Source of the DNA: Abditibacteriaceae bacterium
Lineage (GTDB): Bacteria; Armatimonadota; Abditibacteriia; Abditibacteriales; Abditibacteriaceae
Reading direction: 5' to 3'
Assembly (NCBI GenBank): GCA_031372065.1
Contig: JANMKN010000028.1
Location: 1 to 17,748 of the forward strand
DNA length: 17,748 nt
Shown: in pieces, positions 8,787-16,800 of the stretch
How the letters are laid out: each line of letters opens with the position of its first letter
How positions within the stretch are numbered: the first letter of the stretch is position 1
Program-made: the position numbers and the translations under genes
Notes under the pieces: model-generated
The model's database searches: none
Seen by the model: the letters and a program-made list of their open reading frames with translations, nothing else
Told to the model about the DNA's origin: nothing

Positions 8787-8822
8787 GTCGCGACTCAGGG
8801 AAGAGGAAGGAACCCTGTAGCC
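8787..8822. repeat. Remnant of the same REP-like element as 6285-6378
   Basis: GTCGCGACTCAGGG (8787-8800) is identical to 6298-6311. CAGGG pairs with CCCTG (8813-8817), which overlaps a GTAGCC motif. Confidence 0.5.
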
Positions 8823-8831
8823 AGCCATAAT

Positions 8832-9872
8832 TTATCTGTCATAACCGCGCAGCGAAAACTGCTCAATTAACGTTCGCGCGTAGGCTTCGTTGGACTGCCG
8901 CGTGCGGCCTGCATTGTGTGGTGTGTGGACGACGTTGTGGCGTCCCAAAAGCGGGTCATGGAGCGGCAAAGGTTCGATGTCGAACACGTCGGCAGCTAAG
9001 GATAATTCGTCGTTTAGCACGCGGCGGCGCAAGGTCGGCACGTCGCAAACAGCGGCGCGCGTGACTAAAACCACGAGGCAGCCTGCGGGCAACGCTTCGA
9101 TGTGCGCGGCGGTAATCAGACCGCGCGTTTTGTCGGTCAGGGGCAGCATCGGCGCGAAGATTTCGGCATCTTGCACAAGCTTTTCTAAAAAATGCTCGCG
9201 CCGCGTGCCCGCGCGGTGAAAACACGGCTCCGGCGCGAACGGATCCCACGCTGCGACATCGGCACCGAGAAAATGCACGAAACTGGCGTAGCGACTGGCG
9301 ATGTTGCCCGCGCCGACCACGCGCACGCGTTTGCCTTCAATGGTGCCGCTGGTGAAATTCGCGTCGTCGCCGAACTGATGGCCGCGCGCGCCGCTTTGCC
9401 CGATGCCGCCCGGCGGGTTGTAGTCCCAAGGCGCGAGGGCGCTAATAATTTCGTGATGCGTTTGCGGGATGCGTCGCAAGCCGCACAGCGTCAAAGCGAG
9501 GCCAAATTCCGCGACGGACTGGCCCCAATAGCCTTCGGAATTGTGCGAAATCAAGCGCACGCCGCGCGCTTTGCAAAGCTCTTCCAACGGCGAATCGCCG
9601 CGCCCCAAACTGCCATATTCGCCGGGCTGAATCACGGCCTCGCGCAGTTGCGAAAAGGCATCAAGACACGCCTCGCCAAACGGCACGCCGAACGAAATCA
9701 GGCGCGTAACGCTGGCCGAGTTAATGATAATTTCGCCTGCCGAGCGCGAATCGCCCGCTGCAAGGCGGACAAATTCCACTTCGCCCTGTGCGCGCCACAA
9801 TTCGTGCGCGTGGTCGGCGGCCAAGGGCCATACGGTATCAAATTTCGGATGAACAAGGATTGCTGATTTCAT
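8832..9872 (-). CDS. D-isomer-specific 2-hydroxyacid dehydrogenase family, NAD-binding
   Basis: SVAEFGLAL, Rossmann VVGAGNIA, WDP, PLTDKTRGLI; catalytic Arg (VTRA), Glu (DVFDIEP) and His (TPHNAG). Start moved to ATG 9872 (346 aa). Confidence 0.9.
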   Translation of the reverse strand: MKSAILVHPKFDTVWPLAADHAHELWRAQGEVEFVRLAAGDSRSAGEIIINSASVTRLISFGVPFGEACLDAFSQLREAVIQPGEYGSLGRGDSPLEELCKARGVRLISHNSEGYWGQSVAEFGLALTLCGLRRIPQTHHEIISALAPWDYNPPGGIGQSGARGHQFGDDANFTSGTIEGKRVRVVGAGNIASRYASFVHFLGADVAAWDPFAPEPCFHRAGTRREHFLEKLVQDAEIFAPMLPLTDKTRGLITAAHIEALPAGCLVVLVTRAAVCDVPTLRRRVLNDELSLAADVFDIEPLPLHDPLLGRHNVVHTPHNAGRTRQSNEAYARTLIEQFSLRGYDR

Positions 9873-9877
9873 AAGTT

Positions 9878-10723
9878 TTAATCCTGCGCGAAAATGCGCC
9901 ATTCGGCTTCGATGAAATCGCGCGCAATGTCGCCGGTAAAAGCCAGTAAACGATAGCGATGGACGGCGGTTTCGCCTGCCGCGAGATGCCATTCGCCCGT
10001 GATGCAGCGGCTGGGCGTGATGCCGAGATTGCCGTCCACACGCCACGGATTAGGATGTTCGGCGTTGCTTGGATGATCAAAAAACGCAAAGCCTGCCCAA
10101 GCGTTTTCGGTTCGGTTTTCGCGGCCCGCAATCGGCATAGCAATCGCCACCCAGCGGGCGCGCTGTGCTTCGGCGGCTTGCACCGAATCGGCGCCTTCGC
10201 TGCTTAAAACCGCGCCGTGCGTTTCTTTGCGCCACGGCATTCGCAAAAATAAACCGCCGTAATCGTAGCGGCCAAAACGTAAATTATAAGCGGCGCGCAG
10301 TGTCCACACCACGTCCAATTGCAGCGTAGCGGCGCGGTCTTCGAGCGTCCAATTTTGCGTTTCTCTCAACAGGTTTTCGCCATTGGGCGCACGCCAATCG
10401 GAAATCACTTGCCACGCGGCGCGGTTGTTTATCACAACCGGCGCGGCCAATGGCTGCGGATGATAAGTGCCGTCTTTTTCGTTGCCGGTCAAGCCTTCGG
10501 CCCAAAAACCGTAACCGTTGACATCGTTGAGGCCGACATACAAACCGTGCTGCCACAAATGATGCCCCGGCTCGTTTTCCGTCAGTTCGCCAAGGCCATC
10601 GGGCGCCAAAATCGGATGGATAAATGGGCGCTTATCGGGCGCGGCATTTTGCACCAAAAGCGGCGTGCTTTGCCCGTCGCGGAAAAATTGAATATGCGAA
10701 GGTTGGTGTTGAAATTGGAGCAT
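9878..10723 (-). CDS. PmoA-family/DUF6807-like beta-sandwich protein (not particulate methane monooxygenase)
   Basis: KRPFIHPI..P.G...LTE..P.HH.WQHGLY, YGGLFLR, FFDHPSN..HPNPWRV, YRLL. Start ATG 10723, 2 nt after the upstream stop (281 aa). Confidence 0.75.
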   Translation of the reverse strand: MLQFQHQPSHIQFFRDGQSTPLLVQNAAPDKRPFIHPILAPDGLGELTENEPGHHLWQHGLYVGLNDVNGYGFWAEGLTGNEKDGTYHPQPLAAPVVINNRAAWQVISDWRAPNGENLLRETQNWTLEDRAATLQLDVVWTLRAAYNLRFGRYDYGGLFLRMPWRKETHGAVLSSEGADSVQAAEAQRARWVAIAMPIAGRENRTENAWAGFAFFDHPSNAEHPNPWRVDGNLGITPSRCITGEWHLAAGETAVHRYRLLAFTGDIARDFIEAEWRIFAQD

Positions 10724-10725
10724 AA

Positions 10726-11808
10726 TTAACCTGAAAAGTCCGGCACCAGAACTTTTTCGCCGCCGCGCAGGGCCGATTCGTGCGCGCAGATGCCAGCCAC
10801 GGTGCAATTGGCGCCTTCGATTTCGTCAATCGCGGCGCGGCGACCTTCAACGATGCTGCTGATGAACTCATGCACCAAATGCGCGATGGCGCTGCCACGC
10901 GGCGCGACTTCGAGATATTCGGCGGGCAAAAGGTCAGCGAAGTGCGGCACTTCCACACTTTCGTGCGTGGCGCGGCGCGAACCGGGAAATTCTCCGAGTT
11001 TGCTTTGTTGAAACAACAGCGGCGTTTCGCCGAGCACGCGCGGCATTTCCAGCGTGGCGTCTTCGCCGTAGACGCTGAAACCCTCCAAATAACCGCGCGC
11101 CGTGTGAAACAGCGAGCGTGTGATTTCCATCGCCAGCGGCGTTTCGCGTTCGAGTTCAAAGAGCGCGCTTTGCAGGGGAAATGGGTTACCATAGGGCCGA
11201 TGTAATTCTTCGCGCATCAGGCCGCTGCCGAGGCACATCACGCTGCGGGCGCGCGTTTTTGCCAGTTTCAAGAGTGGCCCAATCGGATGCGTGGCATACC
11301 ACATCGGCGGCAAACCGGCCCAATAAGGCGGCCAGTTTTCCATGTCCTGATAATGCACGCCGCGCAGAAACTGTAGGGTGCCAAAAACACCGTCGCGCAG
11401 CAGATTTTCGAGATGGAGACAAGTGTCGGAGTAGTTTTGCGTCTCCATCATCATGTAATGGAGGCCGCTGGCGCGCACAGCAGCGATAATGGCTTGCAAT
11501 TCCTCAATGCTCGTCGCCATCGGCACCGCGCAGGCGCAGTGTTTTCCCGTTTGCAAAACCTGAATAGTCTGCGCCGCGTGCTGGTCAACGCCGGTTAGCA
11601 AATGCACGGCGTCAATCGAGGCATCGGCCAGCACTTCGTCCAGCGTTTCGCGGGTCTCGGCGATGCCGCATTTTTCGCTGACCGCTTGCAAGCGCTCTGG
11701 CTGCGCGTCGCACAGCACCACGCGCCCAACGTGCGGATGCAATTTGTAAAACGGCGCGAAAGCGGCACCAAACCCCAGTCCCACAACGGCAATATTGATT
11801 TTTTGCAT
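10726..11808 (-). CDS. Gfo/Idh/MocA family oxidoreductase (paralogue 2)
   Basis: IAVVGLGFG Rossmann, DAVHL, GKHCACAVPMA, YMMMETQNY, LPPMWYATH, GICAHESALRGG. Start at ATG 11808 (360 aa). Confidence 0.9.
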   Translation of the reverse strand: MQKINIAVVGLGFGAAFAPFYKLHPHVGRVVLCDAQPERLQAVSEKCGIAETRETLDEVLADASIDAVHLLTGVDQHAAQTIQVLQTGKHCACAVPMATSIEELQAIIAAVRASGLHYMMMETQNYSDTCLHLENLLRDGVFGTLQFLRGVHYQDMENWPPYWAGLPPMWYATHPIGPLLKLAKTRARSVMCLGSGLMREELHRPYGNPFPLQSALFELERETPLAMEITRSLFHTARGYLEGFSVYGEDATLEMPRVLGETPLLFQQSKLGEFPGSRRATHESVEVPHFADLLPAEYLEVAPRGSAIAHLVHEFISSIVEGRRAAIDEIEGANCTVAGICAHESALRGGEKVLVPDFSG

Positions 11809-11871
11809 GGTTGACAAGATGTAAAAGGCCGATTTAACCGCTAATCTTCGATTCGCCAATTTCATTTCGCA

Positions 11872-11907
11872 AAAACGCCGCTATTTTTCACAAAATAGCG
11901 TCGTTTT
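11872..11907. promoter_or_regulatory. Intergenic hairpin between the two oxidoreductase genes
   Basis: AAAACG-C-CGCTATTTT (11872-11887) pairs with AAAATAGCG-T-CGTTTT (11892-11907), one mismatch. Possible weak terminator or mRNA-stabilising stem. Confidence 0.45.
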
Positions 11908-11945
11908 CACGCTGTTTTTACGTCGGCGAAGCCGTCGCGGCTATT

Positions 11946-13061
11946 TTATGTGGTCGCACCAAAATCCGGCAAAAATACGCGCTCGCCGCCGCGCAGAGCC
12001 GATTCGTGGGCGCAAATGCCCGTCGCGGTGTAATTCGCCGATTGCACGGCGTCGGGAAACGGCTGACGATTTTCGACGATGGACATCACAAATTCATGCG
12101 CCAAATGCGGATGCGAACCGCCGTGTCCGCTGCCCTGCTTGAAACTGAGATGAACATTTTCATCCGAATCGTAAACGCCCTGCGATGTGAACTTGCGAAT
12201 GCCTTCGGGCAAGCGCTCGGCGTAATCAGGCACCGCAACGCGGCGCGGTTCTTCGCCGTAATGCAAAACCGCTTGCTCATGTTCAACCAGCGACCATTCC
12301 CACGAAATTTTCGAGGCGTAAACATCAAACGATTCGCGGTATTGGCGCGCCGTGTTGAACAGCGAGCGCGTCACTTCGGCGCAAACATCGGAATCTTTCA
12401 ATTTGAGCGTGGCGCTTTCGATGGCGAAGGGGCTGCCGTAGTTAATCGCCAGATGTTCATCAATGCGCCCGGAGCCATGACAAACGACCGATTCGCATAG
12501 CGTGTCGGCCAAGGCCAAAAGCGGGCTGACGCAGTGCGTGGCATAGTGCATCGGCGGCAAGCCTTCCCAATAGCCGGGCCAACCGCCCATTTCCTGCTGA
12601 TGCGAGCCGCGCAAAAACTGTAAGCGTCCCATTTCGCCGCTGCGAAGCAGTTCTTGCACGAAGAAAAATTCGCGCGCATAGATGACGGTTTCCATCATCA
12701 TGTAATTCTTGCCGGAAGCGCGTTGCGCACGGCAAAGCGCAGTCAGCGCTTCGAGGTTGGTCGCCATCGGCACCGTGCAAGCACAATGTTTTCCGGCTTC
12801 GAGCGTCGCCAGCGACATCGCAGCGTGATCGGGAATCGGCGAGTTGATGTGAATGGCGTCAAGGTCGCCATCGTGCAGCATTTCGCGCCAATCGGTGTAG
12901 CGTTTCGCCACGCCAAACGCCTCGCCGATGGCGTTGAGTTTCGCTTCGTCGCGCTGACAAATGGCGCCCACTTCGGCGTGCGGGTGGTTTTGGTAAATCG
13001 GAATAAATTCCGCGCCAAAGCCAAGACCGATCAGACCAATACGAACTTTCTGTTGAGACAT
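11946..13061 (-). CDS. Gfo/Idh/MocA family oxidoreductase (paralogue 1), GH109-like motifs
   Basis: 371 aa. IGLIGLGFG, GKHCACTVPMA, YMMMETVIY, GLPPMHYATH, GSGHGGSHPHL. AGGAGA RBS. Confidence 0.92.
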   Translation of the reverse strand: MSQQKVRIGLIGLGFGAEFIPIYQNHPHAEVGAICQRDEAKLNAIGEAFGVAKRYTDWREMLHDGDLDAIHINSPIPDHAAMSLATLEAGKHCACTVPMATNLEALTALCRAQRASGKNYMMMETVIYAREFFFVQELLRSGEMGRLQFLRGSHQQEMGGWPGYWEGLPPMHYATHCVSPLLALADTLCESVVCHGSGRIDEHLAINYGSPFAIESATLKLKDSDVCAEVTRSLFNTARQYRESFDVYASKISWEWSLVEHEQAVLHYGEEPRRVAVPDYAERLPEGIRKFTSQGVYDSDENVHLSFKQGSGHGGSHPHLAHEFVMSIVENRQPFPDAVQSANYTATGICAHESALRGGERVFLPDFGATT

Positions 13062-13078
13062 GATTCTCCTGTTCCTTT

Positions 13079-13501
13079 TTATTTTTGCGCTTTGCTTTTG
13101 TCATAGCAAATCATACAGCGTTCGGGAAAGCGCGTGCGCTCGAAGCCGAGCGTTTCGTAAACGCCCTGCGCATCAAAGGTCATCAAGCACCACATAGATA
13201 CCTCGCGCAAAGCGGCATGGTTCATCAGTTGCCGCACTAATTCGCGCCCGACGCCGCGTCCGCGATAACCCTCGGCCACAAACACATCGGCGATATAAGC
13301 AAAGCGCGTCGTATCGGAAACCACGCGCGCCACGCCCACTTGTTGCCCCTCGCAAAACGCGCCCACGCAAAGCGCCGAATTGCGAAAGCCTTGCTCTACC
13401 CGCTCGCGACTGATGCCCGGCGACCAATACGAATTCGTCAGCCAGTTATGCACCACCGCAAAATCAAAATGCGCGAGGTCGAAATCGTAGGTGACCGCCA
13501 T
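13079..13501 (-). CDS. GNAT family N-acetyltransferase
   Basis: 140 aa. SYWSPG, QQVGVARVVSD..FAYIADVFV, acetyl-CoA motif YRGRGVG, DAQGVYETLGF. Confidence 0.9.
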   Translation of the reverse strand: MAVTYDFDLAHFDFAVVHNWLTNSYWSPGISRERVEQGFRNSALCVGAFCEGQQVGVARVVSDTTRFAYIADVFVAEGYRGRGVGRELVRQLMNHAALREVSMWCLMTFDAQGVYETLGFERTRFPERCMICYDKSKAQK

Positions 13502-13512
13502 AAGTTGCTAAG

Positions 13513-16500
13513 TTACACCTTGGCCGCGTGTTCGGGACAAAGCCAGCGATGCGTGTTGTCTGATAATTTCACACGACGCAGTGAACCCCATTGGCGGGCT
13601 TTGTAGTTTTGTCCTGCTACATCTTCTAACAAGTCGCGCAGCGATTCGCGTAGCAGACGCGTTTCGGGATTTTTCTCGTTCAAGCGCAAATCTCTATCGC
13701 CCTGTATGAAGTCATCCTTTTTTGAATGTTTGTCGCCTTCTTTCAATTCGAGATGTTTGGCGAGTTCCTTCATGAAATCCACGTCTTCTTTTATACCCTC
13801 GAAAACACTGGGGTCAACCGCTGGCACGCCGGTAAAGGCCAACAGCAAGCCACTGGCTAAAAGTTTGGTGCCGCGCGACACCCACGGCGCGCTTTTTTCC
13901 CACCATGCTTTATCGCGCGTGAATGTCACTTGGCCGTCGTCGCAAGGGTGCGGTGCCCCGACACACTCACAATAGGGCGTTAGAATGAAGGTTTCCGTGA
14001 AATAGCTGGTAGGATTCCACCGACTGCGTGACTGCGTGTGAATGGAAACTATGCCCGGTGCCGAAGTAAAATCGCGGTCATCCAACAATTCATCGAAGGC
14101 ACCGAGATAGTCATTTAGTTTGAGTTGCAATTCCTGCTGAAAGGCCGGGACGATTTGCTCTTGCCCAGTCAATATCTGCTCCAAAACGTGATGGTTTTCT
14201 GCTATCCATTGCGACAGGCTGTCGAGCCTATTCATTAAGGGGTCAGCCCATTTCGGCTGCTTATCCGCTTCCTCTCTCATGATTCTGCGAATTACGTCAC
14301 TGTCTCCAAAACTGCTAAAGCCGCTAATCAACGTGCGAGGGTCAACCAGATGGAGCCCGATGTGGCAGCTTAGTTTTCGCTCTTGTTGAATCTCGAAATA
14401 AATCGCCGCTTCCTCGTGGATGCCTTTGCATGGCGTTTCATCTTTGATTTGCTCGCCTGCCTTGATGCAACCATAGGAACGCTCGGCATCCAAGCCTTCA
14501 AAAAAGGAAAACACAGCTTTGATGTAACCATGAATTTGCTCCGTTAGATTTTGCGGAAAAGCGGCCCGCACTTGAATACGAAACTTGCGTTCTTCGGCAT
14601 CAAATTCACAAAGCGCCTCACTGGTGAATGGGCCTTCGCCCGTGCGCAGGAAAACACCATTATGCCAGTAAACGCCTTTCGGATGCTCAGGAGTTTTCAC
14701 AATCATGTGATGGGTTTTCACGATAAAACGGCTCATCAAACCCATTGGCGGACGGATATTTAATTTGTATTCGACACGTCTTTCTTTGGATTCCTCGCCA
14801 AGAGTCCACGGAATATTTGGCTTGACATAACCGAAACGCAACGGCACTAAACAGGTGTGTGGGGCATCATCAAGGTCATAGCACAACTCGAATTCTTTCA
14901 TGCAATCGTGGAAGGTAGCGAACATTCCACTGTAGCCACTGTCTTGCCAGATTTCTGTCATACGCTGCAAGGTGATTTCTCCTTTATGCTCGGAGAGTTG
15001 GCCGTCTTCCATGACTTTGCTGATGGCTTTAGTGAGCCACTGCGGGCGCAATACCACAAAGTCGCGTAAATCGGGACAATCGGGAAACTGAGTGATAACT
15101 CCCAAGCGTGACATCGCTGCTGCTGCTTCATCTAAGTTACTTTTATCCACTCCAGCCTTACGCAATATCCGATTCAAAGAATTTCGCGTGATAGATGCAC
15201 CGCGCCGTTTGGCTTGGGCCTTGGCCTTAATCTGCGTTTCGGCTCCGCTGTAGCTTGTCGGCCAAAGACTACCCATGAATTCCATGTCTGCCGACCATCG
15301 TTGTAGAAAGACCTGCAAATTCTCAATAGTCTGTGGATTCTTGCAACCCACGGGAAAAAACCACTCTGGGTCGGTGAATAAATCGCCGTATTGGGCTTGC
15401 AACCTATCCAATGGCACATGAGGTGTGCGCTCTTCACATTGCGTCACGACGATAGCGACTTTAGCCTGTGGAGCGCGGGCGCGGATGGTATCCAACCAGT
15501 ATTCCGCGCGGTCTAACAAAAATTGATCGCGGCATTTGAAAACCAGCAAATACAGAGATTGAGAGGTCAAGAAAAACTGATGCGTTTGGTGGCTAATTTC
15601 CTGTCCCTCAAAATCCCAAATGTTAAGGGTGATATTTTTCTCTTCCTCCTCAGTATGATTGGGATGTGGGAACATCCATTGTTCTACATCCACTCCATGT
15701 GTCGTTGTCTGCTCGGCGAAAGGTAGCCCACGCAATGCACGGGAAACGCAGGTTTTGCCTTCATTCCCGTCACCAAGAATAAACAACTTGGCCTCGTAAC
15801 GCGCTTTTCCACCCTTCGCCAATTCGCGCAGATAGCGTTTGACTACACTAGTTCCTTCTCTGTATGCAGCGGCAAGCCCAGGATTTAAAGGATTGTCACT
15901 TACATCCAATCTATTTAATTTAGATAGGCCACACAGAGATAGCGGTAGATTTTTTAGGTGATTGCAAGCTAAAAGTAACTCCTCCAGATTTTCAAGTTCT
16001 CCCACCCACTCAGGAAGATTTTCCAACTCACAGTTTAGTGCCCAGATAAGCTCTAACTGTTTCCATTCGCGAATACAAGTAGGCAGGACTCCAATAGAGC
16101 ACCCGCCTACAGAATCACCTAAATATATGCGTTTCATATCCTTCAAGCTCGAAAGAGACTGAGGGAGCGTTTTTATAGGATTCCGCGTAACACCCAGATA
16201 TTGCAAGCTGATTAAATCACCAATCCAGGGAGGAACTATCATCAAGTCATTTCCAAACAGCCACAATGTGCGCAATTCCTTGAGGTGTCTCATTGATTCC
16301 GGCAATGCTGCCAATCCGGTCTGGGTCACATCCAGTTCTTGCAGTTGCGTTAGCTGCTCCAAAAACACTGGTAATATCCTTAATGGGTTTAGGGAAAGAT
16401 TTAACTTTTGCAAATTTGGGAGTTGGCCGAGCCATTCTGGTAGTGCTGTCAGTTGGTTATCAGAAAGGTCAAGTGACTGCAAATGCGTAAGATTACTTAA

Positions 16501-16734
16501 AAACTCCGGTAATGCTCTCAGTTTGTTGCCAGACAGGTCAAGTGACTGCAAATGCGTAAGGTCGCCCAGAGACTGAGGGAATTCTGAGAGGGGGCCAACA
16601 GATGCAGGCAATGCAGAAAGTTGAGGAGGGCCAGTCCGGCCATATTTCCAACTGAGATCAAGCCTCACCGCCCCAGTTCGCTGCGCTCTTTGGATTTTCT
16701 TTTCTGCCTCTCTAAAAGCTTCATTACGTGCCAT
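13513..16734 (-). CDS. Roco protein: LRR + Roc GTPase + COR + coiled-coil + uncharacterised C-terminal domain
   Basis: About 11 LRRs (LQSLDLSGNKLRALPE type). P-loop GDGNEGKT (15751-15774), switch I TTHGV, switch II WDFEGQ, HQFFLT. COR motifs VVLRPQWLTKAI, MKEFELCY, PMGLMSRFIV, YWHNGVFL. Start at ATG 16734 after AAGGAG (1073 aa). Confidence 0.93.
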   Translation of the reverse strand: MARNEAFREAEKKIQRAQRTGAVRLDLSWKYGRTGPPQLSALPASVGPLSEFPQSLGDLTHLQSLDLSGNKLRALPEFLSNLTHLQSLDLSDNQLTALPEWLGQLPNLQKLNLSLNPLRILPVFLEQLTQLQELDVTQTGLAALPESMRHLKELRTLWLFGNDLMIVPPWIGDLISLQYLGVTRNPIKTLPQSLSSLKDMKRIYLGDSVGGCSIGVLPTCIREWKQLELIWALNCELENLPEWVGELENLEELLLACNHLKNLPLSLCGLSKLNRLDVSDNPLNPGLAAAYREGTSVVKRYLRELAKGGKARYEAKLFILGDGNEGKTCVSRALRGLPFAEQTTTHGVDVEQWMFPHPNHTEEEEKNITLNIWDFEGQEISHQTHQFFLTSQSLYLLVFKCRDQFLLDRAEYWLDTIRARAPQAKVAIVVTQCEERTPHVPLDRLQAQYGDLFTDPEWFFPVGCKNPQTIENLQVFLQRWSADMEFMGSLWPTSYSGAETQIKAKAQAKRRGASITRNSLNRILRKAGVDKSNLDEAAAAMSRLGVITQFPDCPDLRDFVVLRPQWLTKAISKVMEDGQLSEHKGEITLQRMTEIWQDSGYSGMFATFHDCMKEFELCYDLDDAPHTCLVPLRFGYVKPNIPWTLGEESKERRVEYKLNIRPPMGLMSRFIVKTHHMIVKTPEHPKGVYWHNGVFLRTGEGPFTSEALCEFDAEERKFRIQVRAAFPQNLTEQIHGYIKAVFSFFEGLDAERSYGCIKAGEQIKDETPCKGIHEEAAIYFEIQQERKLSCHIGLHLVDPRTLISGFSSFGDSDVIRRIMREEADKQPKWADPLMNRLDSLSQWIAENHHVLEQILTGQEQIVPAFQQELQLKLNDYLGAFDELLDDRDFTSAPGIVSIHTQSRSRWNPTSYFTETFILTPYCECVGAPHPCDDGQVTFTRDKAWWEKSAPWVSRGTKLLASGLLLAFTGVPAVDPSVFEGIKEDVDFMKELAKHLELKEGDKHSKKDDFIQGDRDLRLNEKNPETRLLRESLRDLLEDVAGQNYKARQWGSLRRVKLSDNTHRWLCPEHAAKV
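16466..16560. repeat. Exact 26-bp direct repeat in adjacent LRR units (69-nt period)
   Basis: AGGTCAAGTGACTGCAAATGCGTAAG at 16466-16491 and 16535-16560, encoding LTHLQSLDL twice. Confidence 0.85.
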
Positions 16735-16767
16735 AACAATCTCCTTTGGTGCTTGTGATTTTACCAA

Positions 16768-16800
16768 TGTGTTCCTTCTCCCAAAAGGAGAAGGAACACA
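16768..16800. promoter_or_regulatory. Perfect 14-bp hairpin between the hypothetical gene and the Roco gene
   Basis: TGTGTTCCTTCTCC-CAAAA-GGAGAAGGAACACA, with no U-tract on the minus (sense) strand. Confidence 0.6.

Noticed and set aside
9873..10046. Long N-terminal extensions in the ORF track (also 5852-5911, 10724-10807, 11809-11865, 16735-16767, 17508-17567)
   Set aside because: They overlap upstream genes or precede better RBS-supported or domain-boundary ATGs.
9878..10723. Methane monooxygenase function implied by the PmoA family name
   Set aside because: Soluble protein with no transmembrane helices and no pmoC/pmoB neighbours.
13500..16745. Roco gene as an integron cassette
   Set aside because: The flanks (GTTATGG, GTGTAAC) do not fit GTTRRRY/RYYYAAC, and no attC hairpin follows the stop.
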